The notes: generated from the sequence alone by a model not told the origin. 32,000 bases of DNA from Desulfocapsa sulfexigens DSM 10523 (GCF_000341395.1 NC_020304.1:3270001-3302000), one strand, 5' to 3'. Shown: positions 17,303 to 26,467, numbered from the stretch's first letter. Program-made: numbers and translations.

Positions 17303-19123
17303 ATGTTTTTTGAACAGGAACTAGAACGACACCTTGAGACACTGGATGAGAAGTTCAGCAACAGAGAGATTTTAGCAATTCTCAACCAGGCAATAGTTGA
17401 TCTTAAAAACAGAAATATTGCAGGTGCCTTTATTGTCCCCCTGTCCTTGCTCGTTGGCGGTTTTGCAACCGATTATTCTTCGGACCACCCTTCCCTCTTT
17501 TTTCTCTTAGGAGGCATTCTAGCTATTGCAACATTGTTTCGGGTTTTTGCGATTATCTATTTCACTAAGGTTTCAGTAGGTTTCAATCCTGCTTGGATAT
17601 CAGTTTTTTTCTTGTCAAATATCTTTACCGGTATTGTCTGGGGAAGTTTTTCCGCAACCAGCGTTTTCTTTTATCACAATACCCTTTCCGTCTCCCTTAT
17701 AATAATTCTCCTTGCAGGTATTGGTGGGGGGGCAATGGTAAGTTACTGTATCTGGAAGTTTCTCTCCTACTTCTATCTTTGCGCTCTTCTTGTTCCTACC
17801 ATCATTGTTGAATTCTATATCCAGAATAAAGTGACAATTCCCATTGGTATTGCCATCAGTTTTTTTTTAATTTTCAATCTTATTCAGGCAAAAATCTGGA
17901 ACAAACATTTCTGGCTTTCGTTGATAAATACTTTTGTCATAGAAAAAAACACCCTGGAGCTTAAAAAACTCAACATCCAGTTGACGGAAGAAATCAAAGT
18001 ACGCAAACAAACTGCTAAAAAGATCGCGATTAGTCGAAAAAAGTTACAGGACATTTATAATTCAGCACACGATGGTATTTTTATTTTTAACCTGGATGGT
18101 AAAGTTGTAGACAGCAATGAAACTCTATTGAAGATGTTTCATATTAGCCGCCAGGATGCCCTACGATTTGATATTAAGAAAAGTTTTGAATCAAGAACCA
18201 ACGGAAAGCTCAACCTTCAGGAAATTTGGAGAAAGGTTCTATCAGGAGAGGATCAGGAGTTCCAATGGCTCACCGAAAAGGGTGACAACCCAAAACTTTC
18301 AACCGTCCAGGTGAACCTGAGGAAAACTCTATGGGGCGAGGACTCTGTAGTTATCGCTACCATTCGTGATATCACCCCACAAGTTGAAGCTTTGGCAGCA
18401 ACCTCCGCTGCCAATCGAGCAAAATCAGAATTTCTTGCGAATATGTCCCATGAACTTCGTACCCCGATGAATGGTATCCTCGGGTATGCAAGACTTGGCA
18501 TCAAGCGCCATGACACCCTGCCTCGTGACAAAATAAAGGAGTACTTTACCATTATCCACGAATCAGGATCCAGGCTCATGGGGCTGCTCAACAATATCCT
18601 CGATTTTTCAAAGCTAGAGGTTGGAAAGATGCGCTATAATCCGCAGACCTGCGACCTCTTGCCAAGAATTCATCAAATCGTAAGAGAAATTAAAGCCAGT
18701 GCGACAGAAAAAGGGTTGGAAATCAATATAGAATGCAGTCGTGGGCAGGTTGCGGCTTTTTGCGATAAAGATAAAATCTCTCAAGTTGTCCGTAATCTCC
18801 TCTCAAACGCCATTAAATTCAGCCATACAAACAGTGTGATCTCTGTGCAGTGTATAGAAATCACCAGTCAAGCAAGTACATTGAATCAACAAATAACCAT
18901 ATCCAACCATGGAGCTCCTATTCCTAACGATGAACTGGACACAATCTTTGATAAGTTTATTCAATCAAGTACCACCAGTACAGGTGCAGGCGGCACCGGG
19001 CTTGGACTCGCCATATCCAGGCAGATCGTAGAGGACCATGGCGGTGTTATATGGGCGAAAAACGGGGATAATGACCTGGTACTCTTCAGTTTCCTCCTGC
19101 CGATATCACCATCTATAGGTTAA
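17303..19123 (+). CDS. Membrane sensor histidine kinase (multi-TM N-terminal domain, PAS, HisKA, HATPase_c)
   Basis: About 6 TM helices in aa 40-200, a coiled-coil linker, and a PAS-like segment (LQDIYNSAHDGIFIFNLDGKVVDSN). The H-box is MSHELRTPMNGILGYA, with RNLLSNAIKFS and GGTGLGLAISRQIVEDHGG. Confidence 0.88.
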   Translation: MFFEQELERHLETLDEKFSNREILAILNQAIVDLKNRNIAGAFIVPLSLLVGGFATDYSSDHPSLFFLLGGILAIATLFRVFAIIYFTKVSVGFNPAWISVFFLSNIFTGIVWGSFSATSVFFYHNTLSVSLIIILLAGIGGGAMVSYCIWKFLSYFYLCALLVPTIIVEFYIQNKVTIPIGIAISFFLIFNLIQAKIWNKHFWLSLINTFVIEKNTLELKKLNIQLTEEIKVRKQTAKKIAISRKKLQDIYNSAHDGIFIFNLDGKVVDSNETLLKMFHISRQDALRFDIKKSFESRTNGKLNLQEIWRKVLSGEDQEFQWLTEKGDNPKLSTVQVNLRKTLWGEDSVVIATIRDITPQVEALAATSAANRAKSEFLANMSHELRTPMNGILGYARLGIKRHDTLPRDKIKEYFTIIHESGSRLMGLLNNILDFSKLEVGKMRYNPQTCDLLPRIHQIVREIKASATEKGLEINIECSRGQVAAFCDKDKISQVVRNLLSNAIKFSHTNSVISVQCIEITSQASTLNQQITISNHGAPIPNDELDTIFDKFIQSSTTSTGAGGTGLGLAISRQIVEDHGGVIWAKNGDNDLVLFSFLLPISPSIG

Positions 19124-19137
19124 ACTCGATTGTGACT

Positions 19138-19941
19138 TTAATTCGTCACAGCTCCTTGATTCAGGCTTTTTATTTCTCGATAGATTTCCATTGAGGCTTC
19201 CTGGGCATCCTTGAGTTCTTTATCTGAAAGCACAGTCTTAAGAAAATTTTCCGCAACCACCCCGCTGCCATAGCCATTAGCAGCAGCAAGACTAAACCAG
19301 GCATAAGCCTTTATCATATCAACGGTATCAACACCATTTCCGGTATACCAGAGGATTCCCATATTGTACTGGGCGAGTGGATAATCATTTCTGGCTGCAA
19401 GCTCGAACCAGTGAGCCGCCTTTTTGTAATCCTTTTCGCCAACCTTCCCAGTGAAGTATAAATAGCCAAGTTCACTTTGGGCCTCAAAGTCACCACCATT
19501 GGCAGCAAGCTCATACCAGTGTAAGGCTTCTTCGTAGTTTTGAGGAACATTTTTACCGGTCACAAAAAACTCGGCTAATATTCTTTCGGATTCTTTGGAA
19601 CTGCGTCCATTAATAGCAGCATTATAGAGCCACCTGAAAGCCTCAGCAGTATTCACAACAGTCCCCTGCCCCTTCATATACATGCCACCAACAATAAACA
19701 TGGCATCAACATCTCCCTGCTCTGCAGCTTTAAGGTACAAACTGAAGGCTTTTTGGAAATTTTGAGGAGTACCATAGCCATAATAAAACCTCTGAGCCAT
19801 TGACATCAGGGGTTCACCCCCAGAGGCGTTGAAACTGAGGGATAGTGCCAGGAGAAGGGCAAAAAATATAAGACGAACTTTTTGAAATAGGCTAAGAAGA
19901 CCCTGCATTGCTAAAGATACTCCTTTACTCTTGATTGACAA
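19138..19941 (-). CDS. Secreted Sel1-like (SLR/TPR-family) repeat protein
   Basis: A signal-like N-terminus (LIFFALLLALSLSFNA) is followed by about 5 repeats of the A..W...AA.QG...A...LG..Y..G.GV pattern. An alternative start is ATG 19908. Confidence 0.8.
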   Translation of the reverse strand: MSIKSKGVSLAMQGLLSLFQKVRLIFFALLLALSLSFNASGGEPLMSMAQRFYYGYGTPQNFQKAFSLYLKAAEQGDVDAMFIVGGMYMKGQGTVVNTAEAFRWLYNAAINGRSSKESERILAEFFVTGKNVPQNYEEALHWYELAANGGDFEAQSELGYLYFTGKVGEKDYKKAAHWFELAARNDYPLAQYNMGILWYTGNGVDTVDMIKAYAWFSLAAANGYGSGVVAENFLKTVLSDKELKDAQEASMEIYREIKSLNQGAVTN

Positions 19942-20151
19942 AAAATCTCAGGGTGTACTGTTGGCTACTGACTCCACCAAAAAATCATCTAACAACAAGC
20001 ATTTTACAACTAACGTAACTTCGTAAAAGCTTGGATCTGTATTCTTTGAGATCAAAAAGCAGTGGAACTAAAAACGTTTTTTTAGTATAGATAAAATCAG
20101 CAATGTTTGTAAAGATAATTACAATAACCATATTTACCCATTAGGATTGTT

Positions 20152-20604
20152 ATGAATTTCCCTGCTCGTCTATGTCGATTTGCTATCATCCCCTTAACTC
20201 TGATCCTCCTTCCCACTCTCTGTTTTGCCCAAAATGTCAGTGTCAAAAAGGATAATGTCAATGTGAGAAGTGGCCCTGGAACAACCTTCCCGGTTTCCAT
20301 GGAATTATTTCAAGGCTATCCATTGAAAGTAATTGAGAAAAATGGTGACTGGTTGAAAATAACTGACTTTGAAAATGACACCGGATGGATCTATGGGTCC
20401 CTTGTTGAACCAGCTTCCACGGTTATTGTAAATGGAAAAAAATCTATTAATATGCGATCACAACCAAACACTTCCGCATCGATTGTTGCAACCGTTGATC
20501 GTGGTGTTGTTCTCAAGAAAATAGCATCTGAGGGAAAGTGGGTTAAAGTAAGTCACTCTCAAGGTGCAACCGGATGGATATACAGTCCTCTCCTCTGGCC
20601 CTGA
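20152..20604 (+). CDS. Secreted protein with two bacterial SH3 (SH3b) domains
   Basis: A signal peptide ends in CFA-QN. There are two repeats of the VNVRSGPGTTFPV...GDWLKI...GWIY type. Confidence 0.8.
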   Translation: MNFPARLCRFAIIPLTLILLPTLCFAQNVSVKKDNVNVRSGPGTTFPVSMELFQGYPLKVIEKNGDWLKITDFENDTGWIYGSLVEPASTVIVNGKKSINMRSQPNTSASIVATVDRGVVLKKIASEGKWVKVSHSQGATGWIYSPLLWP

Positions 20605-20631
20605 TTTTTTTTCCTGAAGATCATCTACATC

Positions 20632-20662
20632 AGTGCGGTTCTCAAATAAGAAGAATCGCACT
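20632..20662. terminator. Hairpin between convergent genes (11-bp stem including one G-U pair, 9-nt loop)
   Basis: AGTGCGGTTCT-CAAATAAGA-AGAATCGCACT lies between the SH3b gene stop and the helicase stop. The flanking T-tracts are only weak. Confidence 0.35.
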
Positions 20663-20672
20663 CTCTTTCATA

Positions 20673-23636
20673 TCACCCGTCTTTTCTGAGTATTTTCCCT
20701 TCAAGATCAAGTGGTAGCCGGACTATTTTTCCAGCCTTGTTCTGAAACAGGAAAAAGCCATGTTCCAAACCATACAATAATAACTCCCTGGTGATGACCA
20801 CATCATTTTTGCAGTATTGGATTATTTTTTCCATCTCCCCATCCTTGTACCATTGCAGTGCCTGCAGACCATCTCCTGACTTTTCCTTTCCAAGTGTAAA
20901 TTTAGCAAGTCTATCAAGGCTCAGGCGATAACCAAGTTGTTTTTTTACCACCTCCAGGAGATCGAGCATCACCATTTTATTCAAATCCTTATCACTATAT
21001 GCACTCAGGACAGCATTATCGAAACGGCGATTATTAAATCCAACAACCAAATCAAGCGCAAATAAATGTTCCACCAGTTTATCCGTCTCATGTTCCATAT
21101 AGGTCACGCAATGATCAAGCAGGGAATCATAAACCACAGCAACTGAAATGCCCATTTTATGCGCTTTGTGCCAGCCACCGACCTCGGCAGCTGAGTATTT
21201 TGTTTCCAAGTCAAAAACACCATAGTGGGTCGGAAGGACGGAAAGGGGCAAATCAGGAAAAGTACCAGGACGAATGATCTCCATGCGAGGTTCCTGATCA
21301 GTCATCATACTTTTTTTGAAGCTTTCCTGTACATGGCGGTTCCATCCTGGATTCAGGAGAAGCGTTATAAGAGCATTGCAAGCCTTCTTATCGATGGGTC
21401 TGTTGCCGGAACCACATTTGGGTGAATGGACACAGGATGGGCAACCATTTTCACAGGCGCAGTTCCTGATTGTTTTTGCGGTTTGTTCCAGAAGTTCCTC
21501 AATCCGAAAAAAAGCCTCATTGCACAATCCCATTCCTCCGGGATAACCATCATAAATAAAAACCACAGCTTCACTGGTCTGATGATGTGCTGGACAGGAG
21601 ATACCACCGATATCGTACCTGTCACAGAGCACCAGAAGAGGAAACATTCCTATCATTGCATGTTCAAGAGCGTGTATAGCACCCATAAAATGGAGTTGTT
21701 GCTCCTCTATTTCCAATTTGGTGGATTCGGGTATTTCAAGCCAGAGACCAACTGTCTCCAGAGACTGTTCCGGAAGATCCAGTTGGATAGAACCCATCAA
21801 TTTATTGTTTCGGTTATTGCGTTTTTGGTACCCGGTAACTTTTTCACGGACAATAAGCTTCCCAAGACTCACCCGATATCCAGGCTCTTCCTTTTGATCA
21901 ATAACTTTTAAGATTTCTGTGTGTTTTTGGCTCACCGGTCTTGTATGATAATTTTCTCTGAATGGAGAGACCACAATTTCACTGTTTTCAATATCACATG
22001 TATGAACCAGCCAAGTGATCGAGGAATGGAGATACACAGCGCCTGGGTGACATTCCTTAAACGCACGACCGGAATCGATTTCTCCCAGCACCTCACCATT
22101 GTCTTCCCGTATAATCTGCAGTTGTCTGCCGCTTCCCCGAAGGCTCACCTGACGCTGGGGATATTTTCTCGTAGCAAAGAACTCTTTGCCGTCACTGCTC
22201 TGGAGCAAAATCCCCTGCGATGTCAATTCTTTCACAGCTTTCTTTATAATCAATGGGAAAACAGCAAGTTCATTTTTGTGAATAGACACTTCGGCTGCTG
22301 CACAATGGAGGTGCTGCTCCATTATTTGCGAATTAAAAGGATTAATAATCGCTGATTCCATTGTCCTTGAAAAAAAATCTTCATGGTTCTGCATGTAATA
22401 CTGATCAAGTGCATCTTCCTGGGCCACCAGAATAATGGCAGATTCTTTTCTTCCACGTCCTACACGTCCACCCCGTTGCCAGGTTGCCATAACAGACCCC
22501 GGATACCCTGCAAGAATACAAAGATCAAGATCACCAATATCAATCCCAAGTTCCAGGGCTGAAGTCGATATCACTCCAAGCAGCTTTCCGGAATTGAGAT
22601 CTCTTTCAATTAACCGCCTTTCCTCAGGGAGAAAACCCGAACGGTAGGAGCTTAATTTGGAACCTAGCTTGCCAAGATTTGGTTTGGTCCACATTGTTAT
22701 AAGCTCAGCCATTTTTCGAGACCCGGTGTAAACAATAGTTCGCAGTCCTCTTTTTAAAGAGGCTTCCAGCAACTGGCTCACAGTATGAGCAGCACTGTTC
22801 CAAGGGTTTAGGAAAAGCATATTCCGTTTCGATCTTGGAGCACTGCTGGCAACAATACTTACAACCTGCTGTCCAATGAGTTTTTCAGCAAATTGTTCAG
22901 GGTTCCCGATGGTTGCAGAGAGGAGAATAAAAGTCGGACGAGCTCCGTACAATTCAAGAATTCTCTGAAGTCTACGTAAAACCCAGGACATATGAGCACC
23001 AAAAACTCCTCTGTAAATATGCACCTCATCAATAACAATATATTTTAATTCTTTAAAAAATGGTGCCCAGCTTGAATGATAGGGAAGCATCGAAAGGTGA
23101 AGCATGTCAGGGTTACTGATAAGGATATCTGGAGGACATGTTCTGATTTTTTTTCGTTGCCGGGCAGAAGTATCGCCGTCATAAAGTGCTGCAAGCGTAT
23201 GAGTGTTTTTTTGCTTATCTGAATAAAAAATTTCATCAAACTTCTGAAGCACCCTGAGTTGGTCCTGGGCTAAAGCCTTAAGTGGGAAGAGATAAAGTGC
23301 TTTTGTCGATCTGTCTCTGTAAATACTTTCAAGTACCGGAAGGTTGTAAATCAGACTTTTCCCAGATGATGTCGGAGTTGCGGCAAAAACATTTTTGCCA
23401 TTGCGTATCTCTTTATAGGCTTTTCCCTGGTGGCTGTAGAGTTTTTCTATACCCTGTTGCAGGAGACAACTCGTAAGTATATCAGGCAGGGTAGTTGGGA
23501 ATGGTATATATGCGCCCTTTTGCTCTGGAAAAGTTTTGTGACATACTACCTGAGGTCCATATTTGGGTGAGTTTTTTAATGCCTGCAGATATTCAGAAAT
23601 ATTCCGCAACGAAGTGATTGATGATGAATCAGGCAT
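20673..23636 (-). CDS. SF2 DEAD/DEAH-box helicase with a DUF1998/MrfA-type Zn module and a C-terminal DEDD (DEDDy-like) 3'-5' exonuclease domain (987 aa)
   Basis: Helicase motifs are I ATPTSSGKS, II VIDEVH, III SAT and VI QRGGRVGRG. The DUF1998 region is HALEHAMIG...YDGYPGGMG...CACENGCPSCVHSPKCGSGN. The C-terminal ~185 aa carry FDLET (D809/E811), GFNNRRFD (D873) and YCKND (Y941/D945). Confidence 0.85.
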   Translation of the reverse strand: MPDSSSITSLRNISEYLQALKNSPKYGPQVVCHKTFPEQKGAYIPFPTTLPDILTSCLLQQGIEKLYSHQGKAYKEIRNGKNVFAATPTSSGKSLIYNLPVLESIYRDRSTKALYLFPLKALAQDQLRVLQKFDEIFYSDKQKNTHTLAALYDGDTSARQRKKIRTCPPDILISNPDMLHLSMLPYHSSWAPFFKELKYIVIDEVHIYRGVFGAHMSWVLRRLQRILELYGARPTFILLSATIGNPEQFAEKLIGQQVVSIVASSAPRSKRNMLFLNPWNSAAHTVSQLLEASLKRGLRTIVYTGSRKMAELITMWTKPNLGKLGSKLSSYRSGFLPEERRLIERDLNSGKLLGVISTSALELGIDIGDLDLCILAGYPGSVMATWQRGGRVGRGRKESAIILVAQEDALDQYYMQNHEDFFSRTMESAIINPFNSQIMEQHLHCAAAEVSIHKNELAVFPLIIKKAVKELTSQGILLQSSDGKEFFATRKYPQRQVSLRGSGRQLQIIREDNGEVLGEIDSGRAFKECHPGAVYLHSSITWLVHTCDIENSEIVVSPFRENYHTRPVSQKHTEILKVIDQKEEPGYRVSLGKLIVREKVTGYQKRNNRNNKLMGSIQLDLPEQSLETVGLWLEIPESTKLEIEEQQLHFMGAIHALEHAMIGMFPLLVLCDRYDIGGISCPAHHQTSEAVVFIYDGYPGGMGLCNEAFFRIEELLEQTAKTIRNCACENGCPSCVHSPKCGSGNRPIDKKACNALITLLLNPGWNRHVQESFKKSMMTDQEPRMEIIRPGTFPDLPLSVLPTHYGVFDLETKYSAAEVGGWHKAHKMGISVAVVYDSLLDHCVTYMEHETDKLVEHLFALDLVVGFNNRRFDNAVLSAYSDKDLNKMVMLDLLEVVKKQLGYRLSLDRLAKFTLGKEKSGDGLQALQWYKDGEMEKIIQYCKNDVVITRELLLYGLEHGFFLFQNKAGKIVRLPLDLEGKILRKDG

Positions 23637-23736
23637 TTTTCTATGGGATAGCTTGCCTAAACAAGGTAGAGTGCCTATTTTCCGAAGATAGGAATAAATT
23701 GAATACTTTCATATTACTTTTTTCAGTCAATAGCCA

Positions 23737-25422
23737 ATGATCAGAATAGCAACATTAGGACCACATGGTTCAGATGGTTACAGAGCGGCACGTCAATACT
23801 CTCCTGACGCTGAGCTTCTACTTTATAACCGTATCCCGGACATAATCAATGCCTTTCTAAAGGAAGAGGTGGACTTCGCCTTTGTCCCAATCTATAACAC
23901 TCGTGAAGGTGAGATTAAAGAATATTTCCGCCTTCAGGAGCTCTTATCTTCCGGGTATTGGATTGATAACCTTGTTCTTCCCATCCATCTTTCCTTTGGT
24001 TGTCTGAAACAGGAAAATGCATCCTTTTCACCTGCAAATATTATTGGCCGTGGTTCTGTCTTCAAACAATGTGAAGATTACATCAGCGAGCACTATCCAG
24101 ATGCCACCCTCATGTCCGTTCCGGACATTGCTGTTGCTATGAAAGATATCAAGGACAATAACCGCCTTGACTTTGGTATCGTTGATTCTGAAGAATTACT
24201 GCTTGAGCACGGCTTTGAAATACGCGATCGAGAAATTGCTGCTCATAACCGTACCCGTTTCGCCATTCTTGGTGAAAACCTCAGTGGGTCGACAGGATAC
24301 GATGCCACTGCTGTTATCACCCGCCCTTTGAAAGATCGGGTTGGTATGCTCGTTGATATTCTTGGAGAATTCACTAGCCGTGGAATCAACATCCTTGACC
24401 TTCGTTCAGAAAATGATATCAAAACCCAGAAGCTCCAAATCTATCTCGAAATAGAAGGGCACATAGGAAACGAATCTCTTCAGAAAGCGTTAAAAACAGT
24501 AGAGGAAGAAGTCATTCAGGAAGAGGATAGTCTTCGCCTCCTTGGCTCGTTTCCCCGCGTTGATATGCGGGTCAAGAAGATTAATACTTTCGGGTTTATC
24601 GGTACTGGAGCCATGAGTGAATGGTTTGCAGATCGCCTTGAAAATGAAGGCTACAGAACTTTTCTAACGGGGCGATCAACTATTCTGTCTCCTGAAGAGA
24701 TGATTCCAGATGTGGATGTAGTAATTATCTGTGTTCCCATCTCTGTAACCGTTGCGACCATCCAGCAGTACGGACCGCTCCTGAAGGATGGTCAAGCCCT
24801 GCTTTTACTTGCTGGTGAGTCTGAACAAACGCTCAAGGCAGCTGAGGAGTGCACAAGCCAAGGTGTTGAGCTTATGCTGGTTCATAATTTATGGGGTCCG
24901 CAGGCACAAAGCATGAAGGACAAAAATGCCACAGTGGTGCGAACCCCTCGTAGCGGATCGTTCTGTTCTGAATTTGAAGCTTTTCTCTATAAACATGGGG
25001 CGGATATTTCTCAAGACAGCCCGACTCAACATGATTTACTCATGGGGGTAGGTCAGAAACTACCAACCACCATATCCACAGCACTTGCAATGACCCTTAA
25101 ACAGCACGCAATAGCCTGCTCCGATATTGGAACCCACTCCACTCTTACTTCTCTCTATGGCATTCTTGCCATGGCAAGAATTCATAACCAGAATCCAAGA
25201 ACCTATGCTGAAATAATGGCAACCGGTGGAGATGGACGAAAAATAGTGCGGAGCTTTGCAGAAAATCTGCTTCAGATTGTTGCCATGGCCGAAGATCAGA
25301 AAATAGCCGAACTCTGTGAGATCATAGAGAGCAGTCGCTCCCACCTCTCTCCTGAGTTTTTAGCTGAACATATGAAACGTTCAAGGGCCGTTGATTCTGT
25401 CCTAACAAAGGCTGCCAGGTAA
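23737..25422 (+). CDS. Fusion: prephenate dehydratase (PDT) plus ACT regulatory domain plus prephenate/arogenate dehydrogenase (TyrA-like), 561 aa
   Basis: The PDT part has IATLGPHGSDGYRAA and NRTRFAILG. The ACT part has TAVITRPLKDRVGMLVDILGEFTSRGINILDL. The TyrA-like part has the Rossmann motif FGFIGTGAMS, HNLWGP (compare HPMFGP), QHDLLMGVGQKLP and NPRTYAEIM. Confidence 0.8.
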   Translation: MIRIATLGPHGSDGYRAARQYSPDAELLLYNRIPDIINAFLKEEVDFAFVPIYNTREGEIKEYFRLQELLSSGYWIDNLVLPIHLSFGCLKQENASFSPANIIGRGSVFKQCEDYISEHYPDATLMSVPDIAVAMKDIKDNNRLDFGIVDSEELLLEHGFEIRDREIAAHNRTRFAILGENLSGSTGYDATAVITRPLKDRVGMLVDILGEFTSRGINILDLRSENDIKTQKLQIYLEIEGHIGNESLQKALKTVEEEVIQEEDSLRLLGSFPRVDMRVKKINTFGFIGTGAMSEWFADRLENEGYRTFLTGRSTILSPEEMIPDVDVVIICVPISVTVATIQQYGPLLKDGQALLLLAGESEQTLKAAEECTSQGVELMLVHNLWGPQAQSMKDKNATVVRTPRSGSFCSEFEAFLYKHGADISQDSPTQHDLLMGVGQKLPTTISTALAMTLKQHAIACSDIGTHSTLTSLYGILAMARIHNQNPRTYAEIMATGGDGRKIVRSFAENLLQIVAMAEDQKIAELCEIIESSRSHLSPEFLAEHMKRSRAVDSVLTKAAR

Positions 25423-25426
25423 TTGT

Positions 25427-25561
25427 ATGGAGCATAATCCCGAAAAAGACGAGGTGTCCCGTCAACCGAAGAGAGGTCCTGGTAATACTATCATGCTGCT
25501 GATAATACTCCTCAGCTGGTTGCTTTTTTATGCTTTTATAGGATCACGGGGAGGTGGTTGA
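25427..25561 (+). CDS. Possible 44-aa single-TM small protein
   Basis: The ATG lies 5 nt after the preceding stop. The product is MEHNPEKDEVSRQPKRGPGNTIMLLIILLSWLLFYAFIGSRGGG. It is below the ORF-track size cutoff, with no obvious RBS and no recognised homology. Confidence 0.3.
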   Translation: MEHNPEKDEVSRQPKRGPGNTIMLLIILLSWLLFYAFIGSRGGG

Positions 25562-25669
25562 GGTCCATCACTCCTTCGGTCAGAAGGAACTCAATGCGCG
25601 GTACCTGAAAGTTTTCATTCTCCTGCTCTTCAATAACAGGATAGATATAATTTTATATAGGAGTTATTC

Positions 25670-26320
25670 ATGATTATTCAAAACTTAAGTGTTCTCGAAG
25701 AGGAACATATTTGTCCAGATTGCAATTCCAAAATGGCCTGCTGCGAAGCACCTCCAGTTCATGTAGGTGATGGCCTTGGCTGGGGTTCAGAAGTCCTTTT
25801 CATATGTCTCAACGATGAGTGCCCAACATTCACTAATGGCTGGAAAAAGGTTGAAGCCAACTACGGTCACAAGGCAACTTACAGAAGCATGCAGCTTCCC
25901 GGATCCACAGAACAAAATGTGATGATGGTTGGATCTCAGATGGCCTTTACAGGTTCCATTATAGACCCAGAGGCTATGAGGGAACAGAACGCCCGCTACA
26001 GAAAAGAAAAGGAGGCCATTGCAGCCCTGGACAATTGTGTTGAAAACAAAGATATTGATTCAGTTATGACTTTGGTTCTTGATGAATCAGCCCGCCCTGC
26101 AGGGCGTAATAGAGCCATACTCCTCTTGAGCAAGCTCAATGATCTCTCCTGTATCGATGCAATCAGAAACCACACCTTCCGCAACACGGAATTTGAACAG
26201 AAATGTAATATGGTGATAACCAAACTGCTAAAGGATAATTTCAAGAAGGAATGTCCATATTGTGCTGAACTTATCAAGACACAGGCAAACAAGTGTATGC
26301 ACTGCAAAGCTGATCTGTAA
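25670..26320 (+). CDS. Hypothetical protein with N- and C-terminal zinc-ribbon motifs and a HEAT-like middle segment (216 aa)
   Basis: The N-terminal part is CPDCNSKMACC...CLNDECP and the C-terminal part CPYCAELIKTQANKCMHC. The middle RNRAILLLSKLNDLSCIDAIRNH resembles a HEAT/PBS-lyase repeat. A GGAG RBS lies upstream. Confidence 0.6.
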   Translation: MIIQNLSVLEEEHICPDCNSKMACCEAPPVHVGDGLGWGSEVLFICLNDECPTFTNGWKKVEANYGHKATYRSMQLPGSTEQNVMMVGSQMAFTGSIIDPEAMREQNARYRKEKEAIAALDNCVENKDIDSVMTLVLDESARPAGRNRAILLLSKLNDLSCIDAIRNHTFRNTEFEQKCNMVITKLLKDNFKKECPYCAELIKTQANKCMHCKADL

Positions 26321-26330
26321 AATTTAACTC

Positions 26331-26359
26331 TTGCCAAATATTCTTACAAAGGGTATAAG
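26331..26359 (+). promoter_or_regulatory. Sigma70-like promoter for tRNA-His (-35 TTGCCA, 17-nt spacer, -10 TATAAG)
   Basis: The hexamers and spacing were read directly from the sequence. The -10 element ends 18 nt before the tRNA 5' end. Confidence 0.4.
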
Positions 26360-26377
26360 TTGCACCGAAATTTAGGC

Positions 26378-26455
26378 GGTGGGTGTAGCTCAGTTGGTGG
26401 TAGCACCTGGTTGTGGCCCAGGAGGTCGTGGGTTCAAGTCCCATCACTCACCCCA
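26378..26455 (+). tRNA. tRNA-His (anticodon GTG at 26413-26415) with encoded G-1 and 3' CCA
   Basis: A manual cloverleaf fold gives G-1 opposite C73 and the acceptor stem GTGGGTG/CACTCAC (one G-U pair). The anticodon stem is CCTGG/CCAGG with loop TTGTGGC, and the T arm is GTGGG-TTCAAGT-CCCAT. It is closely similar to the E. coli tRNA-His layout. Confidence 0.93.
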
Positions 26456-26467
26456 TCTATTCTCGGG

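Noticed and set aside
20673-23636. Interpreting the DUF1998 helicase as part of a DISARM- or Druantia-type phage-defence locus
   Set aside because: No methyltransferase, PLD nuclease, DrmB/DruA-D-like or other defence partners are adjacent. The neighbours are SH3b and Sel1 proteins and an aromatic amino-acid enzyme. The MrfA/MrfB repair analogy fits better, although a defence role cannot be excluded from sequence alone.
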